This document shows, piece by piece, positions 48,037-61,170 of a stretch of 64,000 nt of DNA. Under the pieces are notes generated by a model that was given only the letters and a program-made list of their open reading frames with translations, was not told the origin of the DNA and made no database searches. Each line of letters begins with the position of its first letter. The first letter of the stretch is position 1. A program made the position numbers and the translations under genes. This DNA comes from Azolla caroliniana (taxonomy: Eukaryota; Plantae; Polypodiophyta), in the NCBI GenBank assembly GCA_043228905.1, contig JBHGNT010000002.1, positions 3,162,001 to 3,226,000 of the forward strand, written 5' to 3'.

Positions 48037-50743
48037 TTTCTGTGTCGATTTCGCTCTGATACCACTTGAGGGGAACTGGACGTTCCTTATGCGCAAGACT
48101 CGGCCACAACCGAGATTCTTTTCACACACAGAAAAACAGGTAATGAAACGCGACACAAAGAAGAGAAATGGTACACAGGAGGTTTACGTGGAAAACCCCA
48201 AACTAGGGGAAAAACCACGGCAGCCCACAGGCTGCAAACTGTCACTATGTATGAATGTACAAAACAGTGAGCTCACGGAGGCAACGACCTCGGACTCACG
48301 CTCTTCGCCACAGACGGCGGTTACAACAGAGGCAGCGACCTCTTTCTCTCTCTCTCAGTGTACAACGTTATGCACACTAATCTCATGTAATACAGAAAAT
48401 TGACGACAACTACTAGTTTGCCCTAAGTCATATTTATACTAATATGACTTTTCAGCTATTTACAAATATAGCCATGATGGGCTCTCAGAAACATATTTAC
48501 GAATATGTCTCTTCCTCCGGTTCGTACCGGGCCTGCACCATCCGGTTCTCCGTAGCCGGGTACTCCTCATCCGGTTCATACCGGGCCTGCACCATCCGGC
48601 TCTCCGTAGCCGGGTACTCCTCATCCGGTTCATACCAGGTCTGCACCATCCGGCTCTCCGTAGCCGGGTACTCCTCATCCGGTTCATACCGGGTCTGCAC
48701 CATCCGGCTCTCCGTAGCCGGGTACTCCTCATCCGGTTTCGGCCTCAGCCGAGTTTGTTCATCGTCACTGATCTTCTCCCTTTCCCATCCGGAGGGACCT
48801 GTCTCCCAACAGTTAACGCCATAATGAAGGCATGGTCAAGTTTAAGAGAAGGGTTGGTTTTAATGTAACCAAAAACATTGGATGAACAACTACGACAACC
48901 ACTATTTTGGAACCCTAGGATTAGAAGTGTAGATGGTATGATGCTTGGACAACAAAAGTACTTGCCTTGGGGGAGGATGCTAGGGTACAAGATTAGGTCG
49001 GTACACGATTGGGAGGTCTTCAACAAGGAGGGTTAGGTTGTTAGTTTTAGATTTACTGGAAGTCTAGAAAAGGTGACCTAGGTGATAGATGAGGTTGTTG
49101 ATGGATTAGGTAACTTGTATGAGGAAGAGGCAGTTTGGTCAAGCTGGTTTGTATTTGTGGTAGGTGCTCAACTAACGAAGATCGTTTGTGGGGTAACCTA
49201 AGTTCTTTGACAGATGATGGCAAGTGGTCGGCAGTGCGCGTGGCAATGTTGGAGGGTAGGAGGTGGCAATTGAACCCAGACCCTAAGACACTTGATCATG
49301 ATTGTAAAATATGGCTTTTCGATAACAAGCCCTTATATGATTTGGAGTGGGATCCATTGGAAGTATGGTGGAAGACACCAAGAAAAAAAAACTCGAAAAA
49401 GTTTTTTGAGTACAATACCAAGCTAGGAAGACAAATCATTGGATCCCAAACAGTGGGTGTTGTAATGATTCACAATAGTTGAAAGGACAAAGGCATTCCA
49501 GACGACGATCTGAAGTCGTTTTGGAGGAGACTATGGGCATTCGATATGCCAGAAAAAAGTAAGGCTTGGTTGTGGCTTCTTAGCCACAAGGCGGTACCGG
49601 TAAGTGAGTGGTCGAGTTACCGTGGTGGTGAGGCTGGCTGTAAGTTATGTGAACATGCTTTGGAATCAATCTCTCACTGTTTTTGGAATTGTACGGAGCC
49701 GATTACCATTTGGAGTAGAAGCCTTCGAATCATGGCAACCTGTGGTGTGAAAGGGAACGTTGTGTGGGGCTCCATACAAGGATTGTCTCTAAAAGGGGAA
49801 AGCTGGGGTGAACAGTTAAACCCACAACGACATGGATTTATAGTGTAGGGTGGTAGCGTGTTCCAATGTGATGGGGTGAGATCGGGCACAAATTCTAAAT
49901 TTTTTGAGGAGATTTGGCTTATGGTGGCGTGTTTAACGGTCTGTCACATCTAGATAAGGCGTTGTAAGTTTGTTTTTCAACAACAAAAGCTCTCATGCGG
50001 GGAGGTGATGTTAAATATCTGGTTTGAGCTTGTGGCTTGGTTGTGGGTCGGTATGATTCGATTCAGGGGGGGATCGAAAGAAGCATAAAGGGCAAGGTCA
50101 AAGTTCTTGTTGAAATTGAGTGTTTCTCCCATGATAGTCAAATCTTCGGCGACGCCTAAGTGGAATTACTAGGCCCTTAGGTAGTTGTTTCCATCGATGG
50201 CTCCCAATATTGTACATGGGTTATAATTATGTATGTATAACTTAAGCAAAAGTCGGTTAGTATAGTCATGTTACCCAGATAATGTTGCTAGAAAAGAGTT
50301 AGTTAGGAGATGTAGAGTTGGGGTAAAGTGGGGTTTATTTCAGTTTTGTTGGAGTTACGGGTCGGGTGAGTTTTGGTTGTTTTTATTTGATAGTTTTGGA
50401 GTTGTTCCTCCAAGTTGCATATGTTGATCCCATTGTGGATTCGAGTAAACTCTGTTGTATTCTATTTGCTAACTAATGCAAAGTAATGTTATTTTGGGAA
50501 AAAAAAAAGTATGCAAGGCTAAATCCCATTAGTTTGTCAAGAATGCGTTGTGAATCAAAAGGTGTGGAGACATAGACTATACACAATAAGTTGTCTAGTA
50601 TGCTAAGCTTTTGTAATGGGCTTTTTGACTAGTTTTGGTGTACCAAAAACTCATTCTTCTTTGTGAGACTCAAATGAATCTCTATTGTAATGCATTGTAG
50701 TAGTAAATGTGCCTCATCTTCCACTACTTTCTTTTGTTGCCAA

Positions 50744-51003
50744 CATAGTTCCTAATTTACTGGACGTACGCGAACGTTTGCAAACGTACGCATATGATAC
50801 GCGATATTCATTTGGCTTCTCTTTTTTTTTGGGGGGGGGGGTTTAATTTTTTATATTCATAATTCTTTGTGAATAGAAGTGACGTCTGACACTCTCTCTC
50901 TCTCTCTCTCTCTCTCACGAGAACTAACAGATCTTCTCTCTCTACAAAATCTAGATATCTAATATACATATTACACACTCCCTCACACAGACAAAACCCA
51001 TAG

Positions 51004-51034
<31 letters not shown>

Positions 51035-51098
51035 AGAGTCTAGATATACACTCAACCAATGTCTCCTCACACATGCAAAATAGGGCTTCTCTCTCTAG

Positions 51099-51133
<35 letters not shown>

Positions 51134-51273
51134 TCCCTCACACACACACACTATGTATATATCTATGTACCGCGTATGGATTTCAATCATACTTGGAGCC
51201 TTTTCATGTATGAGTATGATACGAATATTGGCGTTTGAGTATGATACGAATGGGACGTATGGCTAGAACTATT
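50744..51273. mobile_element. hAT-type MITE
   Basis: Ends CATAGTTC...GAACTATT; 8-bp TSD GTTGCCAA/GTTACCAA; subterminal GATACG repeats; internal (CT)n. Confidence 0.7.
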
Positions 51274-51559
51274 GTTACCAAAGGGTGTTAGAGCAAGCCC
51301 CTGCTTTTGACCCTAAGCTCATTTTACCCCATGCCAAAGAGTATTAATCTTCTCCAATATGTCATTCAATCATCCACGGACTATAGCACCCCCCCCATTT
51401 ACAAAACATTTTACCAATAACATGTACTCGGAGAAAGATTTACATGAGAGCTTATTTTTAATTTACCATGAGGGTACACTAATTACAATGAAAAAGAGGG
51501 AGCTTTTCTAAATTAAACCTAAGAAATGTGAGCTTGCATAAGTTATATTATCTTGGCAT

Positions 51560-51850
51560 GCACAATCAAAGCATTGTAGTTTCTTTTACTCATTTGCATC
51601 TTCCTGAAGAATCTCATCGTTGTATGTCTTTAAATTTTTTGAGATATTTTCACCTTGAAATTGTCCAACAATCTCGACCACTCTTTCTATTACGTATTGT
51701 GTTGTCTCCATATTATCCCAATCTTGCATCATTGGCTTCACCATCCTTGTCATCATCGTCACAATCTTCATTTTGCATAGCCATCTTCCCTTGTCATTCT
51801 TTCACATGAGGTTCACCAAAGATGTCATGAAAATCCACACATGCACATAA
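51560..51850 (-). mobile_element. Remnant of a third tRNA-Trp-primed gypsy (LTR end, PBS and gag start)
   Basis: Minus strand CATGACA-TCTT-TGGTGAACCTCATGTGAA; ORF 51586-51771 (IERVVEIVGQFQGENISKNLKTY) aligns with the gag N-termini of gypsy-1 and gypsy-2. Confidence 0.7.
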
Positions 51851-54444
51851 AATGTATTATAGGTTCATTGGGGAATATGATTGTGTGCTATTTTTACATG
51901 AATGTGAAGAATGTGCTTTGAGTTTATTGGGTGTCCACCAAACATGTCGTAGATATTCATCTGTGCACATGAAATTTATTGTAGGTTCACTAGAGAATGT
52001 AATTATGTGCTACTTTTACATGAATGTGACGAATCGGCTCTGAGTTTATAATGTATGGACTCTCGTATCATGTGTATGTGTATGTAGTATAAATAAGTGT
52101 TTTCTACATACATGACTATGCTTGGATACATATAATTTGTGTGTGGAATATAAGGTGTGAGTAATCATGTATTTGTAAGTAAAATTGTAGTTGCATTTTG
52201 TTGTAAAAGTATGTTTGGATATGTATGTGTGTACACATGTAACAATGTCTATGTTCATGGATCAATGTATGTGGTGGGTTTTGTTTATGTATGTAATTGC
52301 TTATATGTTATGCTAATATGTGTTTTGATCATGAATGTGAGGGGAAAGAGGGGTAGACTTTAGGAGTAAGGATAAGGGTATTTAGCATAGCTTATATTTT
52401 GTTGACATTCGAGGGTATTTTGCGAACACAAAGTTCTCTGCTCCTACGATGTTGTGTTAGGGGAGCTTTTGGAAAAGTGTGTGAGAAGGGAGAATTAGGA
52501 GGAAAGGAAAGCAAAAGGTAAGTGTGATGTCAATCCTAGGCTTGAGTTTCTGAGGTAAGGATTGACATCATAGGCTTCATTCATCAACACTGCGTGGCAT
52601 CATCTAATGCGGTGATTGTTCTGTCCGTTCAACAACTACAACATTGATGAGGAGTAGCCCCATTGCTTACCCACAACCTATGCCTTTTCCTTGAGCTCCC
52701 TCTTTTGTTTGTTAGCATGTTGAGTTCTTGCTTGCTCATCAGCTCTAGCTCTTTAACAAAGGCCTAATTTGACCTCAACTAGGGCTAATTTAGGGTTGGC
52801 TCTTGTGCGGATTTCAAGGGGGGAGTCCCTAGGTTGGAATTGGGGGTTTGTTCTAGCTCAACAAACTAGGAGGGTCATTAGGGCCAAATTGGGGGGAGAT
52901 ACGGCCTAGGGTCGATATGGATACAACTTAGGGCCGAATGTCGAGAGAACGATAAAAGTAGAGACCCTCCCCATTATAAGACCAAAATTTTCTTGTAAAG
53001 TAAGAAACCACTCAAATCAACTTGAGACCTCTTAGAGTGAAAACAGAAATTTTCTCAACAATTAAGAAAGCCCCGACAATAGAGCCTTAGAACATAAGTA
53101 AGGAAAGAGAATAGGCAAGTTAAAGACTCCATCTTCATTAAAACAGATGCTACCAAAAAGAGAGAAAGTTTAAGAGATCACCCATGACACAAGCTCCCTT
53201 ATTATTTATCATGGAAGGACCAACACTCGCATGGCAATCAGAAAAGCATGACCATGGAAAAGCTATGAATATTGGTGGCAGCACTACTAACCCTTCGGCA
53301 TTGTTATCAAAGGTTGTGGCAACATGAACCATGTCACCCATGACCGCATTCGAAGCCCAATAAAGGGTGTGTGCTCTGGAAATTAGATTTGGGCGTGTGG
53401 CTCACATTTTGTGTGTATCAAAATGGGCACCCCGGTGGGCTCACATGGGGTAACGATGTCAAATTTGAATGGTAAGGTGCATTCAGACACAGATTTGAAA
53501 CACATGATGAAAAGGGTCTTGACATGCCGGGCAACGCATCTCTCGTCCATGCCACCTCTAAATTGGGCACCCCCGACCATCACTCTGTTGCTCATTGAAC
53601 AAACGAAGTCGGTTTTCCTCGTCCACATTGGCGAACATTCCTCTTGGTATTAGCACCAATAGGAATCCAACACACACCATTAGGACAATGTGTGACCTTT
53701 CCACTTCTAGCATGGTGTGGGCTACTTTGTCATGAACATTCTTAGCCCCAAAATATTGGTAGATTCATAAAATTAGCCCTTCCTTCCACAATGTTTTACC
53801 CAAGGTTTCTTTTATGGGGCCAAGTTGCAACCAAGGAAATGTCTTGTTTACAGGTTTCCATGATCACCATGCCTTCTACTCCTCTCTTAGGGTCACCAAA
53901 CTTTCTTTAACATTCATTTTTCTTTACCATCATGCAATAGTAATACACTCGGATCACATCTGGCATAATTAATAAAATTAACTATACCTCAATTCTTCAT
54001 CACCTCGTTTATTCCATCACTGTTTTGTGACTTTGATCACAACCTAAGTATCATGGCCTATAATTGTATTGAAGTAGAGTTTTTGTAGCATCTTCCCCAA
54101 CCCCCAACCCCCAAACCCATGATCGCATGACTAAGAACTCCCAACTTCTTTTGTTTAATTTGATAATTTTTACCATATGTGTTGTCCTACATCTTAACAC
54201 ATTATTTAGATGTAATTCGCAAGTTGTGTTTTAAAAGCTTGGAACAATTCAACATCTAACATCTCTCCTCTTTTATAAGACTTTTGACACCACACAATCT
54301 TGTTACATTCTTAGAAAATGAATTTCCTCTATATCTTGTATATGTCTCATGTGACATGGATAAAGGAAAGGAAGCTTATTTATAGAGAAGGAAAAAATAC
54401 ATATTGCCCCATGACATTGCTTGTAGTCTAGGTTTAGGGGAAGG

Positions 54445-55212
54445 ATGGCCACTATGCAAGAGTTTGCCTCGGCTTGGGAGCTGCAACCAGGGACGGCCGC
54501 GTTCGAGGTACAAAATGATCGGTTTTTGAAGATCAATTTGGGCGGCCCACTCAACTTTGTGTGGATAAAGATGGGCACCATGGTGGCATACACGGGCGGC
54601 GAAGTCAAATTCGAGCGCGAGGGCGTGCTCGAGCACGGCTTCCGGCACGCAATGAAGAAGGCCTTTACGAGCGAAGGTGCGGATCTCGTGCGCGCCTCCT
54701 CTAAATCCGGATCGCCCGTCTCCCTCTTCCTTGCGGACCAAGGCAAATCGGTCATCCTCCTCCGCCTCGACGGGGATTCGATCGTAGTCAACGGCAACGA
54801 CCTCTTGGCCTTCGAACCCACGGGAATCAAGCACACCATCACGATGATGCGCAAACTCTCGAGCATTGTCTCAAGCGGTTTGTTCAATGTCCGGCTAGAA
54901 GGCCATGGGTTCGTCGCGATCCTTGCACACGGGAAGCCGATCGTGCTTCCTGTCTACGCCGGGTATCCCCCCGTCTTCACGGACCCACAAGCAACCGTTG
55001 CGTGGTCCGGTAGCCTCGTGCCCGATTTCCACACCGATGTAAGCTTCAAGACGTTTATAGGCCGGAGTTCGGGCGAGAGCTTCCAAATGAAATTCTTCGC
55101 ATCAGAAGCTCACAACAACGGCTTTGTGGTCGTACAACCATATGAGGAGGTGCCCCGACCAGAGGTTGCGGGATCTTCAGGTTGGCCGGATTTTTCTAGC
55201 CTAACAGCTTAA
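54445..55212 (+). CDS. AIM24-family (TRAP-like beta-fold) protein, bacterial-type, intronless, 255 aa
   Basis: Motifs VWIKMGTMVAYTG, KFEREGVLEHG, KKAFTSEG, LFLADQGK, VNGNDLLAFE, GLFNVRLEGHG, VFTDPQATVAWSG, DVSFKTFIGRSSGESFQM, GFVVVQPYEE; intact and GC-rich; TATTTATA at about 54377; AATAAA at the stop. Confidence 0.88.
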   Translation: MATMQEFASAWELQPGTAAFEVQNDRFLKINLGGPLNFVWIKMGTMVAYTGGEVKFEREGVLEHGFRHAMKKAFTSEGADLVRASSKSGSPVSLFLADQGKSVILLRLDGDSIVVNGNDLLAFEPTGIKHTITMMRKLSSIVSSGLFNVRLEGHGFVAILAHGKPIVLPVYAGYPPVFTDPQATVAWSGSLVPDFHTDVSFKTFIGRSSGESFQMKFFASEAHNNGFVVVQPYEEVPRPEVAGSSGWPDFSSLTA

Positions 55213-58200
55213 TAAACTTGCAAAAAGAAAAAAAAATTAGCAATGTCTTTCATGATGTATTTATACTCAAATGGTAGTTTGATCTCCAAATTCCAATGGG
55301 CATATTGAAAATGCTTGTATAAATTTGTCCAAGTTTCTATGGCTTTTTTTTTATAATAACATCCAAGATCACCTTCATTGCCTTTCACATTCATTTTTTT
55401 TGGTGTCATGAATGCAATATCATAGGTTGATCCAACTCCAAAGCTACGATTTGATCCTACATCACCTTCTTCATTCCATATGTTTGCGACTTAATTAGTT
55501 GATCACAATACTACATTGTCTTGTTTAAGGTATGGTAAAGTGAGTTTTGACAACACTTAACCAGTTATTAACGAATTTGTTAGCCCACAACTTCTTTGTT
55601 ACTAATTTTTTAGCCCACAACTTCTTTGTTTGAATGGTTTTGCCGTACATACATGTACATATTAATCAAAGTGAGTGGGACATGAAGGCATTGAAGTTTG
55701 ACCATACTTATATATTAATGGACCAATGCAATGGCAAGTGAAGGTATCTGTCTCTTTCATGACACAAAATCCTACCAAAAAGATAAATAACTCCTAATTT
55801 CGACTATGCAATGCTTAGGACCTACCATGTGGTTGGTTCCCATTTCAAGTTTTTGGTGCAAGTTCTTGATGTGCAATGATTTTTAATTTTCATCCTGGCC
55901 CCTTGTACAAACGAGAGTTATGCTCCTTTTGAGCATACAAATGTTGGGTTATCTCAACTATCGTCTAATTTGAGAGCTCAATTAGGTCAGACCATTTTTT
56001 TGGGTGCATTCAAATTCCTTCTATCATTGCATACTCCCCAAAGTCATTAGTTAGGAATTATCCGCCTTGATCAATTTCAAAGACATTTGGCTTCCTCCGT
56101 TGAAAACATATATCCACATAACTTTAGAATCATCATTTATAAGCATAAAGTAAGATGATCTACCCAATGCATTTGTTTGATCAATTTGCAACTATCAATA
56201 TGGACAAACTCTGAAGGATTCTTTGCTATCTTCACAGCCTCTAGTATAAAAGACGTACGATGCTCCTTGCTCATTATGCATACTTCACACTTCTTGACCA
56301 CTTGAGGCAATTTGTGCCAATTATGTAGGAGCCACTTTGTTTGTGCATTTTACAATGTCAAGAAATGTAGGTGCCCAAGAATAAATGCCACAACTTAGTA
56401 TTTGGTACACTCTTGAATTCATACATGACTAGTGCAATCATCTTGTGAACATTTTGTGTTTTCTCTTTGCGAACACAATATTGCACATGTATTGTGGAAG
56501 ATTATTTCGTAGGAAACATATGCCAAATTTCCCACATCCAATTCATTTTGTTATATTTGAGGTAATAGTAGGTAGGTAATGCATGAAAGATGTAAGCACG
56601 TGCTTATAAATTAGTAAAGGCAAATATCACATTGTGATGGCTTGGATCGGAAAACCTAGTATGTGCAAGTAAGTTTGCCTTTTATACATAGGCTTATAAC
56701 TCATTGTAATGATTACGCACCGCCTCACGATTTTATTCCTCGACCACCCGCTCCATTGCCCACTCTCAAGAGATAATTTTAGCACTTGTTCAAAAGAATA
56801 TCGTAGAATGTTTCTATCCTAGGTATGTATGTTTTTATCATAGAATGTTTTGTTATGGCCCAAATTATTGAAGTAGGTCGTTAACAAAACCAAACATAAT
56901 ATGATGAATATGCATACTTGTCATCTTTGTAATAGCCATAAATGCCCAAGATATACATCTGAAAACTTTTGTGTTCATTTTGGAACATTTAAATCTAGTG
57001 ACTTGTGAGCAAGGTGATCATTAGGTTATAGTTTGCTTACAGATTGCTTAAAGCGAAAAAAAATGTAGCTTAAAAAATTTATTAAACTTGCTAAAGGAAG
57101 GAAATGGTGATACCATATCCTAATTTAGTGCATGAGTTTTGTTATTATCCACAGTCGTCTATAGTTTGTAGATACATAGATAATACCATATTTGGTTATA
57201 TGAGGGATCTCAATGGCTAGATTGGTTCTATTATAAATGAGAAACATAATAAGCTTGACAAGGTAACTCTATAGTCATTCAAATCACATATTTATAAGGT
57301 ATTATTCCTCGAGGCTAAGTAAATGCATCTTACATGTCTTTCTAAGAAGACACTCTCTTGAGTTTTGCACCATTCAAAGTTTTTTTACGGTTTCTTCTCC
57401 AATTAACGCTCAATGGGGTTCTTTTAGTAGAAAAGCTAGCAAGAACAAGACATCCATCAAATGTGGTTACACTTCGATGCTATGGTTCAGTGGTTTCCCT
57501 CTTGGCAACACAAGAGATGAGATCAAAACCGAGCACCATCTTGAGCCATCCTCTACAACACTCTCTCTGGCACACAAATATGTAAGTACATAAAAGGAGA
57601 TGCCTCCCAACCACACAAAATAACTCGTTCCTCCGTCACTTCACAATGACATATTATTATAATTATTAGCTTTACAACTATGGTGCTTGCCATTCCATCG
57701 AGCCTTATTAATTGTTACTGTCTAAAACGTATGTTGTAGATTTTAATCATTAGAGCACCTATGTTGTCCTTTTGTCAATTCTTGCACATGTTGAGTTACA
57801 TTTTGGATGGACACTTTATAAAGTTACATGTCTATGGATGAGAGACATTTTGTATCTATCCATGTTGACGAGTAAAAGTTTTCCCTTCGAGTCCTATGAC
57901 TTTTTCAAAACGTTTTAACATGTCATCATTCATGTGACATTTTTGAAGGCTTTGGATTTGGCCCTCAAATCCTAATTGTTGGTACGGAGCACCCAATATC
58001 CAAAATGTGTATCTAATGATACATAACCATCGTTGCCATCTAGAGTAGGAATTGTTTTAGAAATAAATGCAAGGTAGAAATTGCATGAAAAAAACAAGTT
58101 GTACAACATAATACGAAAGCTTGACTTTATATATCATAAAAAAATAGATATTGGATATTCCCACGATTTCGATATAGCACAACGTTGCTTATAGCTTCAC

Positions 58201-58730
58201 AATACATATACACTATTTACAAATATTAACATTTTATTTATAAACATGATGGCATGATGGTCTGTTGTCACAACTTTGAAACTAGGCACACATTGTGACA
58301 AAGTACCACTACACCATCATGTGTGTGTATAATATAAGTTGTTTTGAACCCTAGCTAGGAATTGCATATTATACACGATCTTTCTCGCGGTCTCTATGTT
58401 TATGGATTACAGAATAGATGCACTATTGTATGTATGTATATATATATATTAGAGAATAGATACACTATTGTATGTATGTGTGTGTATACATAAGCATAAG
58501 CTCACTAGGTTACAACCTACATGTGATCATATTTCAAATTTAAGTCTCTAAGGGAAATGACTCATTAACTTTTGAGGAAATTATATGTAGTATGTACATA
58601 CCAATGCGACAAGTTGTGTGTACGATCATGGCCACACAAGAAAACATCGACAACATTAAAGTCTATCAAAGACTTTTTCATAAACCATGGAAAGTGTGTG
58701 TCCGTCTTGTAAATTATTAACGCTACATTT

Positions 58731-59207
58731 TAACAATCGACAACGGTTCGGTTTGACCTGAACTGAACCGTGAAACCGTGGTTTGACGGTTTAACGTCTT
58801 CAACGGTTCGGTTCAGGTTTAGGTTTTTAAAAACGGTTTGGTTTCAACAGTCAAAAACCGTGGTTTTAACAGTTTAACGGTTTTTAATTTTTTAATAAAA
58901 AATTTTAAATTGTTTTTAAAAACTTTAAAATTTGTTTTTAAACGATCTTTTCATTTTTACACCTTATTCTCACATTTTAGGAACATCTTAAACATTTTTT
59001 AAGTTCTAAATAATGAAATATTATAAATTTTAAAAAATTAAAAATTAAAAATTTGACCTATGCTGAAAACCGAAACCGAACCACAAAACCACGGTTTTTA
59101 CGGTTTAATGGTTTGAAAATGGTTTAATGTTTCGGTTCAGGTTTAAAATTTTTTGAACGGTTTGGTTTGGACCCTCTCAAACCGAACCAAACCGTTGCCG
59201 ATTGTTA
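58731..59207. mobile_element. hAT-type MITE
   Basis: TIRs TAACAATCGACAACGGTT / AACCGTTGCCGATTGTTA; perfect 8-bp TSD CTACATTT; many AACCG/CGGTT subterminal motifs. Confidence 0.9.
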
Positions 59208-60091
59208 CTACATTTAGTGGTCAACCCAAGCAAAAAGGAAGAAAAAAAAACCAACAATACTTAAGTAGGGTAAACACCCTAGGTGGCTAGTTGAAAATGC
59301 GTTGGCTAATGATTGGCCTTGCTAGGGTGCAATCTCATGTGGTGAACCTTCTTTGTTGATCCACACCACCTTCTTTAGGGATTTAGATCATCATGTTTAG
59401 TTTGACGCTAGCTTTAGAGGCTCAAGTAACCTTAGGGAACCTCTCCCTTGCAACTATCAATTTTGATTAATATTTTCCTTATCTTTATTGCCCTATCCTT
59501 TACCTTAACAATCATGCTTTAGTTAGTGATTTGGTAAAATACATTGGAATCATTATATCATAGGTCAATGAATCTATAAGGTTAATATTTGCTAATTGTG
59601 CCATATTGGTGAATTTATGTCTCCTACATGATGCAACATCATTCGTTCTTTATGATTGGGTTAAAGTAGTACATGGTGTTCAACATCTATAGTTTATTTC
59701 GGCAATCAAAAGATTAGTTTATGTTTGGGGAAAAGCAATAGACAATCATCAAGTTTTGTTAACAATTTAGATCAGTAACTAGTTTTTGGATATTCAATCG
59801 ATAGTTCAAACTAATAGATGACCCCATCTAGAAAAGAGCTCACACCTTACCAAACATGTATATATTAAAACCAAAATTGTGTAGGAAGTGTCACATTTGG
59901 ATGTAGTTAAAACAAATGTTTTCAGCATTGAATATATTATATGTTATTTACATTTTTATATATTCCTCAATGTTGTATATGTAATGCCTACCTGGCATTG
60001 TGCCTCTTCATCACTATTATTGAAATCTACTTCAAAAATATGTTTGTCTACCACCTTGTATTCAGGTGGTGCAATAAAAGTAGTCCACATA

Positions 60092-60346
60092 TTTTTTTCC
60101 AAAAAACACTACTTCTCATTAGTTAGCAAATAGAATACAACAGACTTTACCCGAATCCACAATGGGATCAACATACACAACTCGGAGGAACAACTGTAAA
60201 ACTATCAAACAAAAACAACAATAACTCACCTGACCCTTAAATTCAACAAAACTGAAATAAACCCCATTTTACCCCAACTCTACATCTCCAAACTAACTCT
60301 TTTATAGCAAAGTTGGTAACATGACTATACTAACCCACTTTTGCTT
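60092..60346 (-). mobile_element. 5'-truncated L1 3'-UTR copy with short poly(A)
   Basis: Reverse complement matches 50244-50508, the 3' UTR of the L1. Confidence 0.85.
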
Positions 60347-60879
60347 GCCAAGCTTTTGCAATCTTGAGCATCAACAAGTGATGATTGAGGAGTGTCAAAA
60401 ACTTTTGGGAGCAATACAAAACTAACATATCTCGACTTGTGCTAGTACAAGAGGTTGGTTTCAAGTTGAGACACGTATCTAGAGGAAAGAGGCAAAATAT
60501 TTGGAAAGGGTATCCAATCCTCTTTGTAAAGAATCAAACATTGTAAAAACCTAGGGCAATGGAATTGTTGTACCTCAAAACATTGAATTGTCTCTTATGA
60601 GAAACAAATTGATTCTTATTGAAACAAATTATTGTTGTTTGTGAACGTAGCCTTTTATATTGTTTTTAGTTAATATCATTGACACTAAACTAAACGATGG
60701 ACGCTCGTAAATTTCTAACAAACATAGATATCATTGAGACTCATGATTTAACCAAGAAATTGTTTATTTAATCAACATTTCTATCAACATTAAATGGCGT
60801 ACCAACCTTAGTAATGTTGAACAAAGTAAATCATTGTTGATGACTAAAAGCATTCATAAACTCTCTTAGTAGATTCCTA

Positions 60880-61170
60880 AAACTTCGCAAAAAGTCTGGA
60901 ACTTGTAGGGATTATATCACCCTTCATCGTCCTATTGCAAAGTTTTAACTTTGTTCCTTTCTCCATTTCCGCTACCACAAGGTACACCTTTGAAAATCAA
61001 GAAGGCTTCGTCATTGTTCTTGAAGGGATACACCAAAATTTTGCTCATGGCATCATCTATGAAAGTGACAAATTTTATTATGTCAACCTATTCACCCCCT
61101 ATTCAATAGGTAGGCATCAAACCACACATATTAGAATGTACAAGGACAAGTGGATTCATATTGGATCTTT
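60880..61170 (-). pseudogene. Highly decayed copia integrase remnant
   Basis: PLVLVHSNMCGLMP (compare LELVHSDVCGPM) and KFWCIPFKNNDEAFLIFK. Confidence 0.5.

Larger units (their letters stand above)
43205..48811 (-). mobile_element. Tnt1/Tork-like copia (copy C), full length with several stop codons
   Basis: 745-bp LTRs at 43205-43949 and 48067-48811 with few differences; PBS 48053-48064; PPT 43950-43962; TSD GTTCA/GTTAA. Confidence 0.95.
40540..50508 (+). mobile_element. Decayed L1-type LINE (APE-RT-zf), split by copia C, with poly(A) tail
   Basis: LLTWNIKGL, LLLQEHH, WRPITLLN, LDFEKAYDRV, EYADET, GGLGL, zf CKLC..ESISHCFWNC; A10 at 50499-50508; the RT QG..LSP region appears deleted near 42395. 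Confidence 0.88.

Noticed and set aside
53150-53653. Short ORFs upstream of AIM24 as possible exons or a partner gene
   Set aside because: Frames are interrupted by stops and I recognise no domain; probably a decayed repeat.
54303-54887. Minus-strand ORFs of 194 and 152 aa overlapping AIM24
   Set aside because: Antisense shadows of a GC-rich CDS with no recognisable motifs.
55787-55922. ATAACTC...GAGTTATG pair resembling the 119-bp motif
   Set aside because: The spacing is about 135 bp and there is no GAAAGCT/AGCTTTC core.
59280-59345. Possible SINE head (TGGCTAGTTG ... GGTGCAATC)
   Set aside because: The boxes are too degenerate, and there is no tail, TSD or second copy in the window.
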